Below, in pieces: positions 10,456 to 19,946 of a DNA stretch of 64,000 bases. The DNA lies in contig CAZHRF010000008.1 of assembly GCA_964534625.1 (NCBI GenBank), forward strand, positions 13,016 through 77,015, written 5' to 3'. The notes beneath the pieces are model-generated. The model was not told where the DNA came from. It ran no database searches and saw only the letters and a program-made list of their open reading frames with translations. Position 1 is the first letter of the stretch; each line of letters opens with the position of its first letter. Origin of the DNA: an uncultured archaeon. GTDB lineage: Archaea > Asgardarchaeota > Heimdallarchaeia > Heimdallarchaeales > Heimdallarchaeaceae. A program made the translations under genes and the position numbers.

Positions 10456-11259
10456 ATGATTTTGGACATAAGTGGTTTAAAATTTGCTTATAATGGAAAA
10501 CCAGTCTTGAATGATCTAAATTTTAAGATTAACGAAGGAGAAATGGTGGCTATTCTTGGTCCCAATGGATCTGGAAAAAGTACACTTTTGAAGTGCATAG
10601 ATTACATTTTACGTCCTAAGGAAGGTAAAGTTGTGATTAATAATAAAGAATTATCAACTTACAGCAGGAATGATTTAGCTAAAGAAATAGCCTATGTTCC
10701 ACAATCGGAAGGTACACCGTTTCCTTCTACTGTGTACGATACAATATTATTGGGAAGAAAACCACATATTGAATGGAAGCCATTAACAAAGGATAAAGAG
10801 ATAGTTTCTTCAATTCTTGATAAACTAGAATTAACTGCTTTTACTTTGAGGAAATTAAATCAGTTAAGTGGTGGTCAAAGACAAAAAGTTTACATTGGAA
10901 GAGCTCTAGCTCAAAAAACGCCTATACTACTTTTAGATGAACCAACAGCCAATTTGGATCCCAAATATCAGCTAGAAGTTATGAACCTATTAAAACAACA
11001 AGCTGAGAAAGGGGTGAGTATATTGATAGCCATACACGATATTAATCTTGCAGTAAAATATTGTGACAAGATTATTCTACTAAAAGAAGGTAAAATTTAT
11101 GCACATGGTGGAATTGAAGTAATTACAAAAAAGAATCTTGAAGAAATATATGAAGTTGATCTAGAGATACTAAAACATAATGGCAGTATTATAGTAATAC
11201 CCGAAAAACCAAGAAACCACATTAAGAAGGAAAGTAAAGCAATAATTAAATCCAAATAA
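10456..11259 (+). CDS. Iron-complex/cobalamin ABC ATPase
   Basis: GPNGSGKST, LSGGQRQ, LLDEPTANLD, H-loop IHD. Confidence 0.95.
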   Translation: MILDISGLKFAYNGKPVLNDLNFKINEGEMVAILGPNGSGKSTLLKCIDYILRPKEGKVVINNKELSTYSRNDLAKEIAYVPQSEGTPFPSTVYDTILLGRKPHIEWKPLTKDKEIVSSILDKLELTAFTLRKLNQLSGGQRQKVYIGRALAQKTPILLLDEPTANLDPKYQLEVMNLLKQQAEKGVSILIAIHDINLAVKYCDKIILLKEGKIYAHGGIEVITKKNLEEIYEVDLEILKHNGSIIVIPEKPRNHIKKESKAIIKSK

Positions 11260-11362
11260 TATCTCCTTCTCCTTCTTCAGCATAGTCTAATTTATTGAAA
11301 GGCTGAATTTTTCTTGATATATTTATTCTTTCAATACAGAATTAAATGGCTTATATTCGATG

Positions 11363-11377
11363 AACGAAATATTCGTT
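11363..11377. promoter_or_regulatory. Palindrome AACGAA-ATA-TTCGTT upstream of the TauE gene
   Basis: Perfect 6-bp arms about 75 bp before the start; a candidate operator. Confidence 0.3.
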
Positions 11378-11451
11378 GTTAATTCGAATTTGCCTGTTTG
11401 ATTTAACACAAAATATAATAATCTGAAGTCAAACGCCTATAATGAAAATTT

Positions 11452-12369
11452 ATGATAAACAATGTGCTTCAGTTTATTATCCAATTAAATCTAATTATTA
11501 TAGGCTTAGCTTTTCTATTTCAATTCATGAATGGTACTTTAGGTATGGGTTTTGGCTCTCTCTCTCCCATTCTTATTGCATGGGGATTTGCTCCATTAGA
11601 GGTAATCCCCGCAATTATTTTTACTAGTGGCATTTTAGGTATAATATCTGGCATATTGCATCTGATTTTTCGTAATATAGATTTCTGGTATGGTACTAAG
11701 AACATTAAAATTGCAGGTTTATTCTTTATTGCTGGTATAATAGCTATATTTATTGGGGTTTTAGTTGCGATAAATATTTCTGCCATAGTTTTGAAAACTT
11801 ATATTGGTTCGCTTACTCTATTAATGGGCTTTATCCTAATTTTTAATGATATCCTTAAAAATCGTAATAAAGAATATTTTATGAAACTCCAACAATACTT
11901 CAATAGCTTTGAGAAGAAAATTTTAGAAAAAAAGAAAAAGAGTTTTTATGATCCACATGAGGGTATAGAAATGCACAAAGAAGTATCTTGGCTAAGACTT
12001 GGTGCATTAGCATCCTTGGCATCCTTTAATAAAGGTATGACTGGTAGTGGATATGGTCCTGTTCTATCAGCTGGACAAGTCATTTCTGGAATGGATAGTA
12101 AAAGAGCTGTTGGTATTACTGTTCTTGTTGAAGGTTTAGTCAGTTCTGTGGGTTTTATTGTTTATTATTTTTTAAATCAAACCACGACCATTAATTGGAC
12201 TTTAACAATTTCAATTCTCGCTGGTGGTTTGGTAGCAGCACCAATCTCTGCGTTAATAGTAAAAAAAACACATCCTGGTAATCTCAAATATGCAATGGGG
12301 ATTTTATGTGCATTAATAGGCTTATTCTCTATTATCGATACGATTATAGATTTTACAATACTCATGTAA
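11452..12369 (+). CDS. TauE/SafE (TSUP) family membrane transporter
   Basis: GTLGMGFG and GMTGSGYGP glycine motifs in two repeats; about 8 TM; charged loop insertion. Confidence 0.85.
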   Translation: MINNVLQFIIQLNLIIIGLAFLFQFMNGTLGMGFGSLSPILIAWGFAPLEVIPAIIFTSGILGIISGILHLIFRNIDFWYGTKNIKIAGLFFIAGIIAIFIGVLVAINISAIVLKTYIGSLTLLMGFILIFNDILKNRNKEYFMKLQQYFNSFEKKILEKKKKSFYDPHEGIEMHKEVSWLRLGALASLASFNKGMTGSGYGPVLSAGQVISGMDSKRAVGITVLVEGLVSSVGFIVYYFLNQTTTINWTLTISILAGGLVAAPISALIVKKTHPGNLKYAMGILCALIGLFSIIDTIIDFTILM

Positions 12370-12420
12370 TTTAAAATATGGTTTATGATTGGTTTATGAT
12401 TGTTTATTGTTGTTCAAAGA

Positions 12421-13185
12421 TCACCAAATAAATGGTATGAGCGCCTTTCTTCTTTCTGGATATTCTTCAAATTTATTGTTGTACCATTTATGGTGTTGAA
12501 CAGCTCTTGGAGCTAAATTTGCAAAAGTCCATATGAAAAATATTAATCCTGCTAATGACCATGTTAATAGTGCCCATCCTGCCCATTCGATTATTTCTCC
12601 TAAATAGTTGGGGCAAGAAACATATTCAAACATACCTCCTTTTGGTATTTTATACCCTTTCTCACCGGGCTTACGTAGATTTCTTAAGATGAAATCCGCG
12701 TTTCTATTAATACTATATCCTCCATAAAAAACTACTAAACCTACAATAAAGCGTATATCCAAAAACCATTGTAAAGTATAGATATGCTCATCAGCAAAAT
12801 AGAATAAATACCTCCCTTGCAGATATGTATTACATGTATTGAATAACATACCCATGATCATAACGCTTACTGGAAAGTTTTTCTTTTCATACAATTTTAT
12901 CGGATAAATAAATGCTCTATGTATATAATGACTTTGCCATATGATCAAAAAAACTATTAACACGGGATTTTTTTGTTTATCACCAATTACATAGAAAACT
13001 ATCATAAGAATTGACGCAGGAGTTTCCATAATTATCCATCCTAGCCTATTAGAAATAGATGTTCCCCATCCTTTACGTTTATACCTCCCATAAGGAGCTG
13101 CAACATAGAGAAGAAAGACAAAGCTAATTGATGCTACAACGATGAAAGAGAAGGCTATAAGATTATAAAATTCTAGTTCTATCAT
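12421..13185 (-). CDS. Steroid 5-alpha-reductase (SRD5A/DET2)-like membrane enoyl reductase
   Basis: APYGRY, WIIMETPA, HYIHRA, YKIPKGGMFEYVSCPNYLGEIIEW, ANLAPRAVQHHKWY, RKALIPF. ATG at 13185. Confidence 0.92.
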   Translation of the reverse strand: MIELEFYNLIAFSFIVVASISFVFLLYVAAPYGRYKRKGWGTSISNRLGWIIMETPASILMIVFYVIGDKQKNPVLIVFLIIWQSHYIHRAFIYPIKLYEKKNFPVSVMIMGMLFNTCNTYLQGRYLFYFADEHIYTLQWFLDIRFIVGLVVFYGGYSINRNADFILRNLRKPGEKGYKIPKGGMFEYVSCPNYLGEIIEWAGWALLTWSLAGLIFFIWTFANLAPRAVQHHKWYNNKFEEYPERRKALIPFIW

Positions 13186-13357
13186 TTTGATATCCGAAAA
13201 AAAGAACACTGATATAAATATCTTTCACCAAAAGGATTACAAAAAAGTGTTGGAAACACGATTAAAGGATTTTTTTATTTTGAAACCACCTAAATCTTTT
13301 GATTTAAGCCTCCAATACTAATTCTAATCTCGCTTTAATGAGCTTTTTTAACAATAT

Positions 13358-13561
13358 TTATTGTTTTCTTCCGCAATAAGGACAATGATCTTGTTCAGGA
13401 GTCAATTCTTCTTCACAATACCAGCAGAGTTTGGTATCATAATCTTCTTTAAATTTCTCTTTGTATTTTTGTCTCTTTTTTATATAACGAATTGTGCTTA
13501 TTAAGACAAGTGCAATTAGAACTATAATTATTACAATAATAGTAATTGTTATGACATTCAT
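13358..13561 (-). CDS. Small single-TM protein with C-terminal zinc ribbon
   Basis: Hydrophobic N-terminus, basic patch, CWYC-x10-CPYCG. Confidence 0.75.
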   Translation of the reverse strand: MNVITITIIVIIIVLIALVLISTIRYIKKRQKYKEKFKEDYDTKLCWYCEEELTPEQDHCPYCGRKQ

Positions 13562-13617
13562 GTTGTACTATACTATAAAACTCAATGATAAATATTTCTT
13601 AAGTTTTTATTTTTATT

Positions 13618-13731
13618 TTGAACTTCCGAAATAGTGTGATAATACATCAAAATCAAGAAATAAATCGATTTATTTTCGGTGTAAACATATTGAAGAGTAT
13701 ATAATATTATTGCTTAATTCGGAAAGTACTA
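13618..13731 (+). mobile_element. MITE copy 3 (114 bp)
   Basis: TTGAACTTCCGAAATAGTG ... CTTAATTCGGAAAGTACTA; flanks TTATT/TTATG (4 of 5 match). Confidence 0.75.
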
Positions 13732-13805
13732 TTATGAGTTCTCTCTGTATGAGTTGTGATAGATTTCAAGAAAAGTATTTAAAGCATCAAAAATATACCG
13801 TTTTT

Positions 13806-15359
13806 ATGAATATCTCTGACATTGGCTCTTTAATTCAAAGACTGGTTCAAAAAACCAACAAATCAGAAGATCAAATCAAGGTAATGATTGCAAATAAAGT
13901 AAAAGAATATGAAGGTTTATTGACAGAATCAGGTGCAGCCTTTCTTATTCTCAAAGAAATTGATGATACGTTTACGCAAACTACTACATACAAACCCGAA
14001 TTTTTAGCTATCAATAAAATCACTAAGTCCCACGGTATTTGTTCTGTTAAAGGTATAATCGTTTCTAGCTCAAATGTTCGTTCTTTTCTTAGAAAAGATG
14101 GATCAGTAGGCGAGTATACTTCTTTTCTTTTATCGGATAATACAGATTTAATTCGTGTTGTTCTGTGGGATGAGAAAACCTCTTTTGTTGAATCTCTTGA
14201 TTTAAAAAGAGGAAAAACCGTTGAAATTATTAATGTTTACCCTAAAACTGACCGTAATCAAAAATTGGAATTACATTCAGGGAGAAATACAATAATCGAA
14301 CCTCTTTCTACTGATGAAGAGTATATTTTACCTGAAGCTGAGCATATAGATATAACAAACATTGATGAATCTACTAGCAATTTCAAAATTATTGCTAAAA
14401 TAGAATCAATATCTCCAGAGAGAGTATTCGAACGTTCAGATGGTACAGAAGGTAAAGTTATCAATTACGTGCTTAGAGATAAAACTGGTACTATCAGTTT
14501 AGCATTTTGGAATAAAAGAACGGAAAAGGCTAAAGAAATTATGGGTGCTACTACTCATCTATCAGAAGCGATCATTGAAGTAGTTAATCCTTATGTCCGC
14601 AAGAATAGTTTTGAAGAACTTGAATTAGGTGTTGGGCGAGAAACAGAGATCACTATTTTAGAGAACTACGACTTAGGCTTACCCGATGAATATCCAACAA
14701 AAGATTTACCCTTAATCAAAATAGGAGAAATTGATAAAGAGAGTGGTTTTGTTAGAACTATGGGTATAGTAGGTAAAGTGCGGGAGATAAATGAATTTAC
14801 CCGATCAAATGGAGATTTGGGGGCAGTATGTTCTTTTTATTTAATTGATGAAACGGGTGAGATTAGAGTTGTTCTTTGGAACGAGAAAACAGAATTGATT
14901 AATGAATTGTTAGAGTATGCACCCGTTCAGTTGAACAATTTTATTGCCAAACTAGACAGAGAAAATGAAATAGAATTACATTCCATAAACTCTTCTTCTA
15001 TCACCAAAGAAGGACTTGAAGAAATATTCACCCCTGAAAACTTTCTAAAAAACATCTTCGAGATCAAAGATAGAATGTATAATTTAACTATCCGAGTAAA
15101 AATTAATTCAATAGGCGAAGAGAGAACCTATATAAGAGATGATGGTTCTTCAGCTACCGTATTGAATGTTGATGTGGAAGATTTGACAGGAAAAGCGCGA
15201 TTATCTGTCTGGGATAATGAAATAGCAAAAATAGAATCAATTCCAGAAGAAACATGGGTTGAAATAACAGGTGTAAGATCAAAGGTATCTGAAATGGGTT
15301 TAGACTTAATCTTAAGCAAAGCATCTAAAGTTGAAGTATTAAAACAAGCAAGAAATTAG
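13806..15359 (+). CDS. rpa: Replication protein A (helical N-domain plus four OB folds)
   Basis: N-terminal 'KVKEYEGLLTESGAAFLI'; four repeats with R.DG..G / D.TG.IR..LW. The ORF-track start 13710 lies inside the MITE, so ATG 13806 is preferred. Confidence 0.88.
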   Translation: MNISDIGSLIQRLVQKTNKSEDQIKVMIANKVKEYEGLLTESGAAFLILKEIDDTFTQTTTYKPEFLAINKITKSHGICSVKGIIVSSSNVRSFLRKDGSVGEYTSFLLSDNTDLIRVVLWDEKTSFVESLDLKRGKTVEIINVYPKTDRNQKLELHSGRNTIIEPLSTDEEYILPEAEHIDITNIDESTSNFKIIAKIESISPERVFERSDGTEGKVINYVLRDKTGTISLAFWNKRTEKAKEIMGATTHLSEAIIEVVNPYVRKNSFEELELGVGRETEITILENYDLGLPDEYPTKDLPLIKIGEIDKESGFVRTMGIVGKVREINEFTRSNGDLGAVCSFYLIDETGEIRVVLWNEKTELINELLEYAPVQLNNFIAKLDRENEIELHSINSSSITKEGLEEIFTPENFLKNIFEIKDRMYNLTIRVKINSIGEERTYIRDDGSSATVLNVDVEDLTGKARLSVWDNEIAKIESIPEETWVEITGVRSKVSEMGLDLILSKASKVEVLKQARN

Positions 15360-15491
15360 AAAATTGCAATAATGGAGATACCATATGGTACTTCCTGAGC
15401 TGTATAACGCACAGACTCGAAGTCTAGTACACAAGTCGCTGTACAATTTGTTTTTTTAATTTATTAACTATTTGGGATTGATTACGTCTGA

Positions 15492-16988
15492 TTACAAATC
15501 TATCTCTAGCTTGCCTATGTTTCTAATTACTGATTTGAGAACTTTCCAGATGATTTCGACTGACTCTATTTCTACAAACTCCGAAGGACTATGAGGATTT
15601 CTTATATTAGGACCTATGGACGTAACTTGTAATTCTGGTTTTAATCTCAAGAATAATCCACATTCTAATCCTGCATGTATGGCCCTTAATTCTACTTTTT
15701 CCATATGTTCTAAGTATGATTTTTTCACTAAACGCGTAAACGCTGAATCAGGTTCGGGTTTCCAACCAGGATAAGCTTCTCCTTGCTCAACTTCAAAATT
15801 ATAATTTTCGCCCAAATCCGCCAAGCCTTCTCTGAACAAGCCTAATTCTTCCGTAACGGAGCTTCTAGTACTACAATGAATATTTACAGTGTTTTCAGCT
15901 ATTTCCAAAACAGCAAGATTGTTAGATGTCTGAACTAATCCTTTAATAGTTTTACTGAATTTTATAACACCATGGCGGATCGAACGAATCAGCATAAGAA
16001 TATTTATTGTATCCTCTTCAGTAACACTTTTCTGCATCTCTATTGGTTCGTAGTTAATGGTAATTTTTTCTTCATGCTCTTTTTGTTCTTTAATAGTTCT
16101 TTTTATCCACTTATCGAGTATTTCAGTTGCCATTGATTCATAGGTTTTTTCTATAACGAATGTATATTTTGCATCTCTAGGAATAGCATTATGGGCACTA
16201 CCACCTGTAGATTTGCCTAAATAGAAGAAAGCCTTATCTACTCCCATCTCTTCTTCAAGTTCTAGCCGCAAGTTAAGTAAACATTCAGCACCTAATTTGA
16301 TAGCATTCGCTCTAGGAAGGTGTATATCTGTACCTGAATGTCCGCCTTTTAAACCTCCAATCTTAAGCATATATCCCTGGTACTCATCGCTTACATCAAC
16401 CCAGCTGAGCTTACGCTTAAAAGTCGTCCCACCACCACCTGCTGAACCTATTGTTATCTCTCCCAGTTCTTCGGAATCAATATTTAATAAATAATCTCCT
16501 TCAAAGAATCCTTTATCCATTGCAAAAGCACCAGTAAGACCTGTCTCTTCATCTACAGTAATGAGTACTTCTAAAGGACCATGTTCTAATTTTTGATCCT
16601 GTAAAATTGCTAAAGCTAATGCAACACCCACACCATTATCTGCACCTAAAGATGTACCCTTTGCATAAACAATCTTATCATCATGAGCTATTGGTATAGG
16701 ATCATTTTCAAAATCAATCTTTACCTCAGGTTCTTTCTGGCAGACCATATCCATATGCCCTTGTAAAGTTAAAATAGGCCAATCTTTACATCCCTCGGAA
16801 GCACCTTTTTTTATTACTAAGTTACCGATGTCATCACTTTTGTAAGCCAGATTATGTTCTTTAGCCCATTCGATGAGCCATTCCCTTATCTTCGCTTCTT
16901 TTTTAGACGGGCGAGGGATCTTGGTAATTTGCTCAAATATGTTCCAAACTTTCCTGGGTTCTAAATCTCCTAAAATATTATTCGTCAT
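15492..16988 (-). CDS. pepD: Aminoacyl-histidine dipeptidase (M20C)
   Basis: LQGHMDMVCQK, LGADNG, VDEETGLTGA, GGHSG, IHAGLECG, PHSPSE. Confidence 0.95.
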   Translation of the reverse strand: MTNNILGDLEPRKVWNIFEQITKIPRPSKKEAKIREWLIEWAKEHNLAYKSDDIGNLVIKKGASEGCKDWPILTLQGHMDMVCQKEPEVKIDFENDPIPIAHDDKIVYAKGTSLGADNGVGVALALAILQDQKLEHGPLEVLITVDEETGLTGAFAMDKGFFEGDYLLNIDSEELGEITIGSAGGGGTTFKRKLSWVDVSDEYQGYMLKIGGLKGGHSGTDIHLPRANAIKLGAECLLNLRLELEEEMGVDKAFFYLGKSTGGSAHNAIPRDAKYTFVIEKTYESMATEILDKWIKRTIKEQKEHEEKITINYEPIEMQKSVTEEDTINILMLIRSIRHGVIKFSKTIKGLVQTSNNLAVLEIAENTVNIHCSTRSSVTEELGLFREGLADLGENYNFEVEQGEAYPGWKPEPDSAFTRLVKKSYLEHMEKVELRAIHAGLECGLFLRLKPELQVTSIGPNIRNPHSPSEFVEIESVEIIWKVLKSVIRNIGKLEIDL

Positions 16989-17245
16989 TTATTTTCATAA
17001 ATAATAAAGAATAACCAGTTAAAAAAGATTTTTCAATAACAAATACTCATGACTAATTTAAAAAAAATCTCAATAGCAGAACTTATGACAAATTCGAAAG
17101 ATTTCTTACCTTACTATCAATTCCCCTATGTTCCTCGGAAAATATTAGTAATAGTACCAATGTAATGATTTTCATAACAAAGGTTATATTATTGGAATAA
17201 TAATAATAATTATTGGTAGGTATTCGTTATTAGGAGGTATTTGTC

Positions 17246-17794
17246 ATTTCAGAAGATTTCGAAGAGGAACTGTTAGAATTAGCAAAGATTCAAAATGACA
17301 ATGACCAACAAAAAAAGAGAGAAAAAGATCTGCTAGAAAAAAAAAATCGGATGCAAAAAAAACTCTCTCAAAAGCCTACTGCGTTACGATTGCCTGTTTT
17401 TCAATTTGCGATTATTGAACTATCAGGCATTATTTTATACAATCGCCGATTTGAAAAAGAGCTCATGGATGAATTTCTCTTCTCTGGTTTTAGCGCGGCA
17501 ATCATAGCCTTTTCTAAAGAATTAGGAACAACTTTGTATATGATATCTATGAAGGATGTGAATTTCTTCTTCAAAGAATTAGGGGACTTTTTTATTGTAA
17601 TAGCTTCAGATCCAGCAATAAATAACGAGGATGTCAAAACATTAATTGAAACTATTACTAATCAATTAATATCCATTGAACTGAACAAGCTTCCTAATAT
17701 TAACGATTATTTTCTCACGGATGAGTTTGATGATTTTATTCTGCAAGCTATGATCCATTTCCAGATAGAGCAAAAAGGAAATGTTATTAAGTAA
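17246..17794 (+). CDS. Coiled-coil plus longin-like domain protein (probable ATT start)
   Basis: 'FAIIELSGIILYNRRF...DEFLFSGFSAAIIAFSKEL...ISMKDVNFFFKELGDFFIVIA' is longin-like. The frame opens after TAG 17231, and GGAGGT lies 7 nt before ATT 17246 (ORF-track ATG is 17351). Confidence 0.75.
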   Translation: MSEDFEEELLELAKIQNDNDQQKKREKDLLEKKNRMQKKLSQKPTALRLPVFQFAIIELSGIILYNRRFEKELMDEFLFSGFSAAIIAFSKELGTTLYMISMKDVNFFFKELGDFFIVIASDPAINNEDVKTLIETITNQLISIELNKLPNINDYFLTDEFDDFILQAMIHFQIEQKGNVIK

Positions 17795-17941
17795 ATTATA
17801 CTACACTAACAACATTACAGTTAAAATAAACTGTACTTTAGAAAAAGGGGATATAGATTAGTTAAAATCATTGTTTTTTGGGATTTTGGGATCTGGTGTT
17901 TTATGTTTTATTACCACTGTTTTTTGCTACCAATCTCATTT

Positions 17942-19717
17942 CTATTCTTCAACCACGCCATATATTCTAAGTACATTAGCCCCTATTTTCTTTTGTTTCT
18001 TGATTCTAAATTTTCCAATCTCTCCCGTATGGTCTACATGCGGTCCTGCACAAAATTCTTTAGAAAAGTTTCCAACTGAATAGATGCTTACTTTATCGCC
18101 ATATGTTTCATCAAATAATCCTATAGCATTGGATTTTTTCGCTTCTTCAAGTGGCATTATCTCTTTTTCAACTGGCAAATCCGCTTCAACTTGTTCATTA
18201 ACTATCTCTTCTACTTGTTTAACTTCTTCTTTAGTCATTTTTCTTTTGAAAGTAACATCAAAGCGTGTTCTTTCTTTGGTGATGTTAGAACCAGTTTGAT
18301 GAACAGTATCACCCAAGACATTTCTCAATGCTTGATGGAGCAAATGTGTCGCTGTATGATAACGTTTAACTGTTTTTGAGTGATCACTTAATCCAGATTG
18401 AAACCTTCCCTTAGCTGCTGTTCTTGATAATTCCTTATGTTCTTCAAAAGAAGCATAAAATTCTTCTTTATTTATAGGTAAATTACGTTCTGCCAATAAT
18501 TCAAAAATGATTTCTTTAGGCATTCCATAGGTTGAAAAGAGCATGAAAGCGTCTTCACCTGATAATCCATTATTATTGTCTACCATTCTATTGAATTTCC
18601 TCATCCCTCTTTTAATGGTATTACGGAACTTCTTGGCTTCTTTTTCAGTTTGTTGGTATACAAAATCTCTTCTCTCTATTAATTCCGGATAATGATCGCC
18701 AAATTCTTCTATTATTGGATTAATTAATTCTAATATAATATCAAGTTCTAGGTCTAATTGATCTAGTTTAACCATTGCGCGTCTTAATAACCGTCTAATG
18801 ACATATCCTTGCTCTTCTTTACCAGGAGGTATGCCTTTAGGATCACCCATAGCGAAAACAGCACTACGAGTATGATCTACAATTATTCTAATTCTTTTAA
18901 TATCCTTATCAGTAAGATCATCTTCCTTTCCAACTAATTCTTTAACTTTTTCAAATAAAGGTTGGAAAACATGTGTATCGTAAATTGTTTCTTTTCTATT
19001 CAAAATTTGTAGCATTCTCTCCACTCCCATTCCTGTATCGATATTTTGTTGTTCTAATATGTTATATGTTCCATCAGGTTGTTTATCATAAAACATAAAC
19101 ACATCATTCCAGACTTCAACATACTTGCCACAACTGCATCCGGGTTTACAGTTTTCACTACATTTATCGAATCCATTATCAAAGAACATCTCAGTATCTG
19201 GGCCACATGGACCCACATGTCCTACTGGTCCCCACCAATTATCTTCTCGACCTAAAAAGAAAATATGATCTTCAGGAACACCTAAATCCATCCATATGTT
19301 TTTAGACTCTTCATCTCGCGGAATTTCTTCATCTCCTTCATAGAGAGTAATGTAAATCTGATTTGGATCCATATTCAGCCATTCTTTACCCGTTAAAAAC
19401 TCAAATGACCATGATATGGCTTCTTTTTTACCATAATCTCCAAGAGACCAATTTCCTAACATCTCAAAAAATGTTAAATGTGTAGTATCGCCTACTTCGT
19501 CAATATCACCAGTCCGTATACATCTCTGAACATTATATAATCGCGTCCCTAATGGATGCCTTTCACCTAATAAATAAGGAACAATAGGATGCATGCCTGC
19601 ACTTGTGAAAAGTGCACTAGGGTCGTTCTCAGGGTAAAGAGAAAAGTTTTGGATTTTTTTGTGATCTTTGCCTTCAAAGAATTTGAAATAAAGCTCAATT
19701 AGAGTCTTTCTATCCAT
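17942..19717 (-). CDS. alaS: Alanine--tRNA ligase, short form lacking the C-Ala domain
   Basis: LFTSAGM, QRCIRTGDIDEVG, HLTFFEMLGNWS, IDTGMGVER; editing motifs HTATHLLH and EFCAGPHV. Confidence 0.97.
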   Translation of the reverse strand: MDRKTLIELYFKFFEGKDHKKIQNFSLYPENDPSALFTSAGMHPIVPYLLGERHPLGTRLYNVQRCIRTGDIDEVGDTTHLTFFEMLGNWSLGDYGKKEAISWSFEFLTGKEWLNMDPNQIYITLYEGDEEIPRDEESKNIWMDLGVPEDHIFFLGREDNWWGPVGHVGPCGPDTEMFFDNGFDKCSENCKPGCSCGKYVEVWNDVFMFYDKQPDGTYNILEQQNIDTGMGVERMLQILNRKETIYDTHVFQPLFEKVKELVGKEDDLTDKDIKRIRIIVDHTRSAVFAMGDPKGIPPGKEEQGYVIRRLLRRAMVKLDQLDLELDIILELINPIIEEFGDHYPELIERRDFVYQQTEKEAKKFRNTIKRGMRKFNRMVDNNNGLSGEDAFMLFSTYGMPKEIIFELLAERNLPINKEEFYASFEEHKELSRTAAKGRFQSGLSDHSKTVKRYHTATHLLHQALRNVLGDTVHQTGSNITKERTRFDVTFKRKMTKEEVKQVEEIVNEQVEADLPVEKEIMPLEEAKKSNAIGLFDETYGDKVSIYSVGNFSKEFCAGPHVDHTGEIGKFRIKKQKKIGANVLRIYGVVEE

Positions 19718-19946
19718 AATTAGTAATACCTCATCTTGAAATGATGAAAAGTCTATAAAAAAATTATTGTTTTACGAGAGTCTCTCCAAATTTTGTAGGT
19801 GAGATTTATTTCTCTCATTATCATATCAATTATTCTTAGATAGTGCATTTTTTGAATTTTTGAGTTGTTTTTTTCTCGTATTCCTAGTAAATACATTTTT
19901 AACTATGTTTACCTCAATTGTGATTGATTAATATACGTGAGTTATA

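Noticed and set aside
12379-12400. TGGTTTATGAT x2 tandem repeat between convergent genes
   Set aside because: Short slippage-type duplication with no evidence of function.
13710-13805. ORF-track N-terminal extension of RPA
   Set aside because: The TTG start lies within the MITE right end; RPA-like sequence begins at ATG 13806.
15361-15450. tRNA gene or hammerhead ribozyme
   Set aside because: No GTTCRA T-loop or proper acceptor stem, and no CTGANGA/GAAA core; kept only as an unassigned structured candidate.
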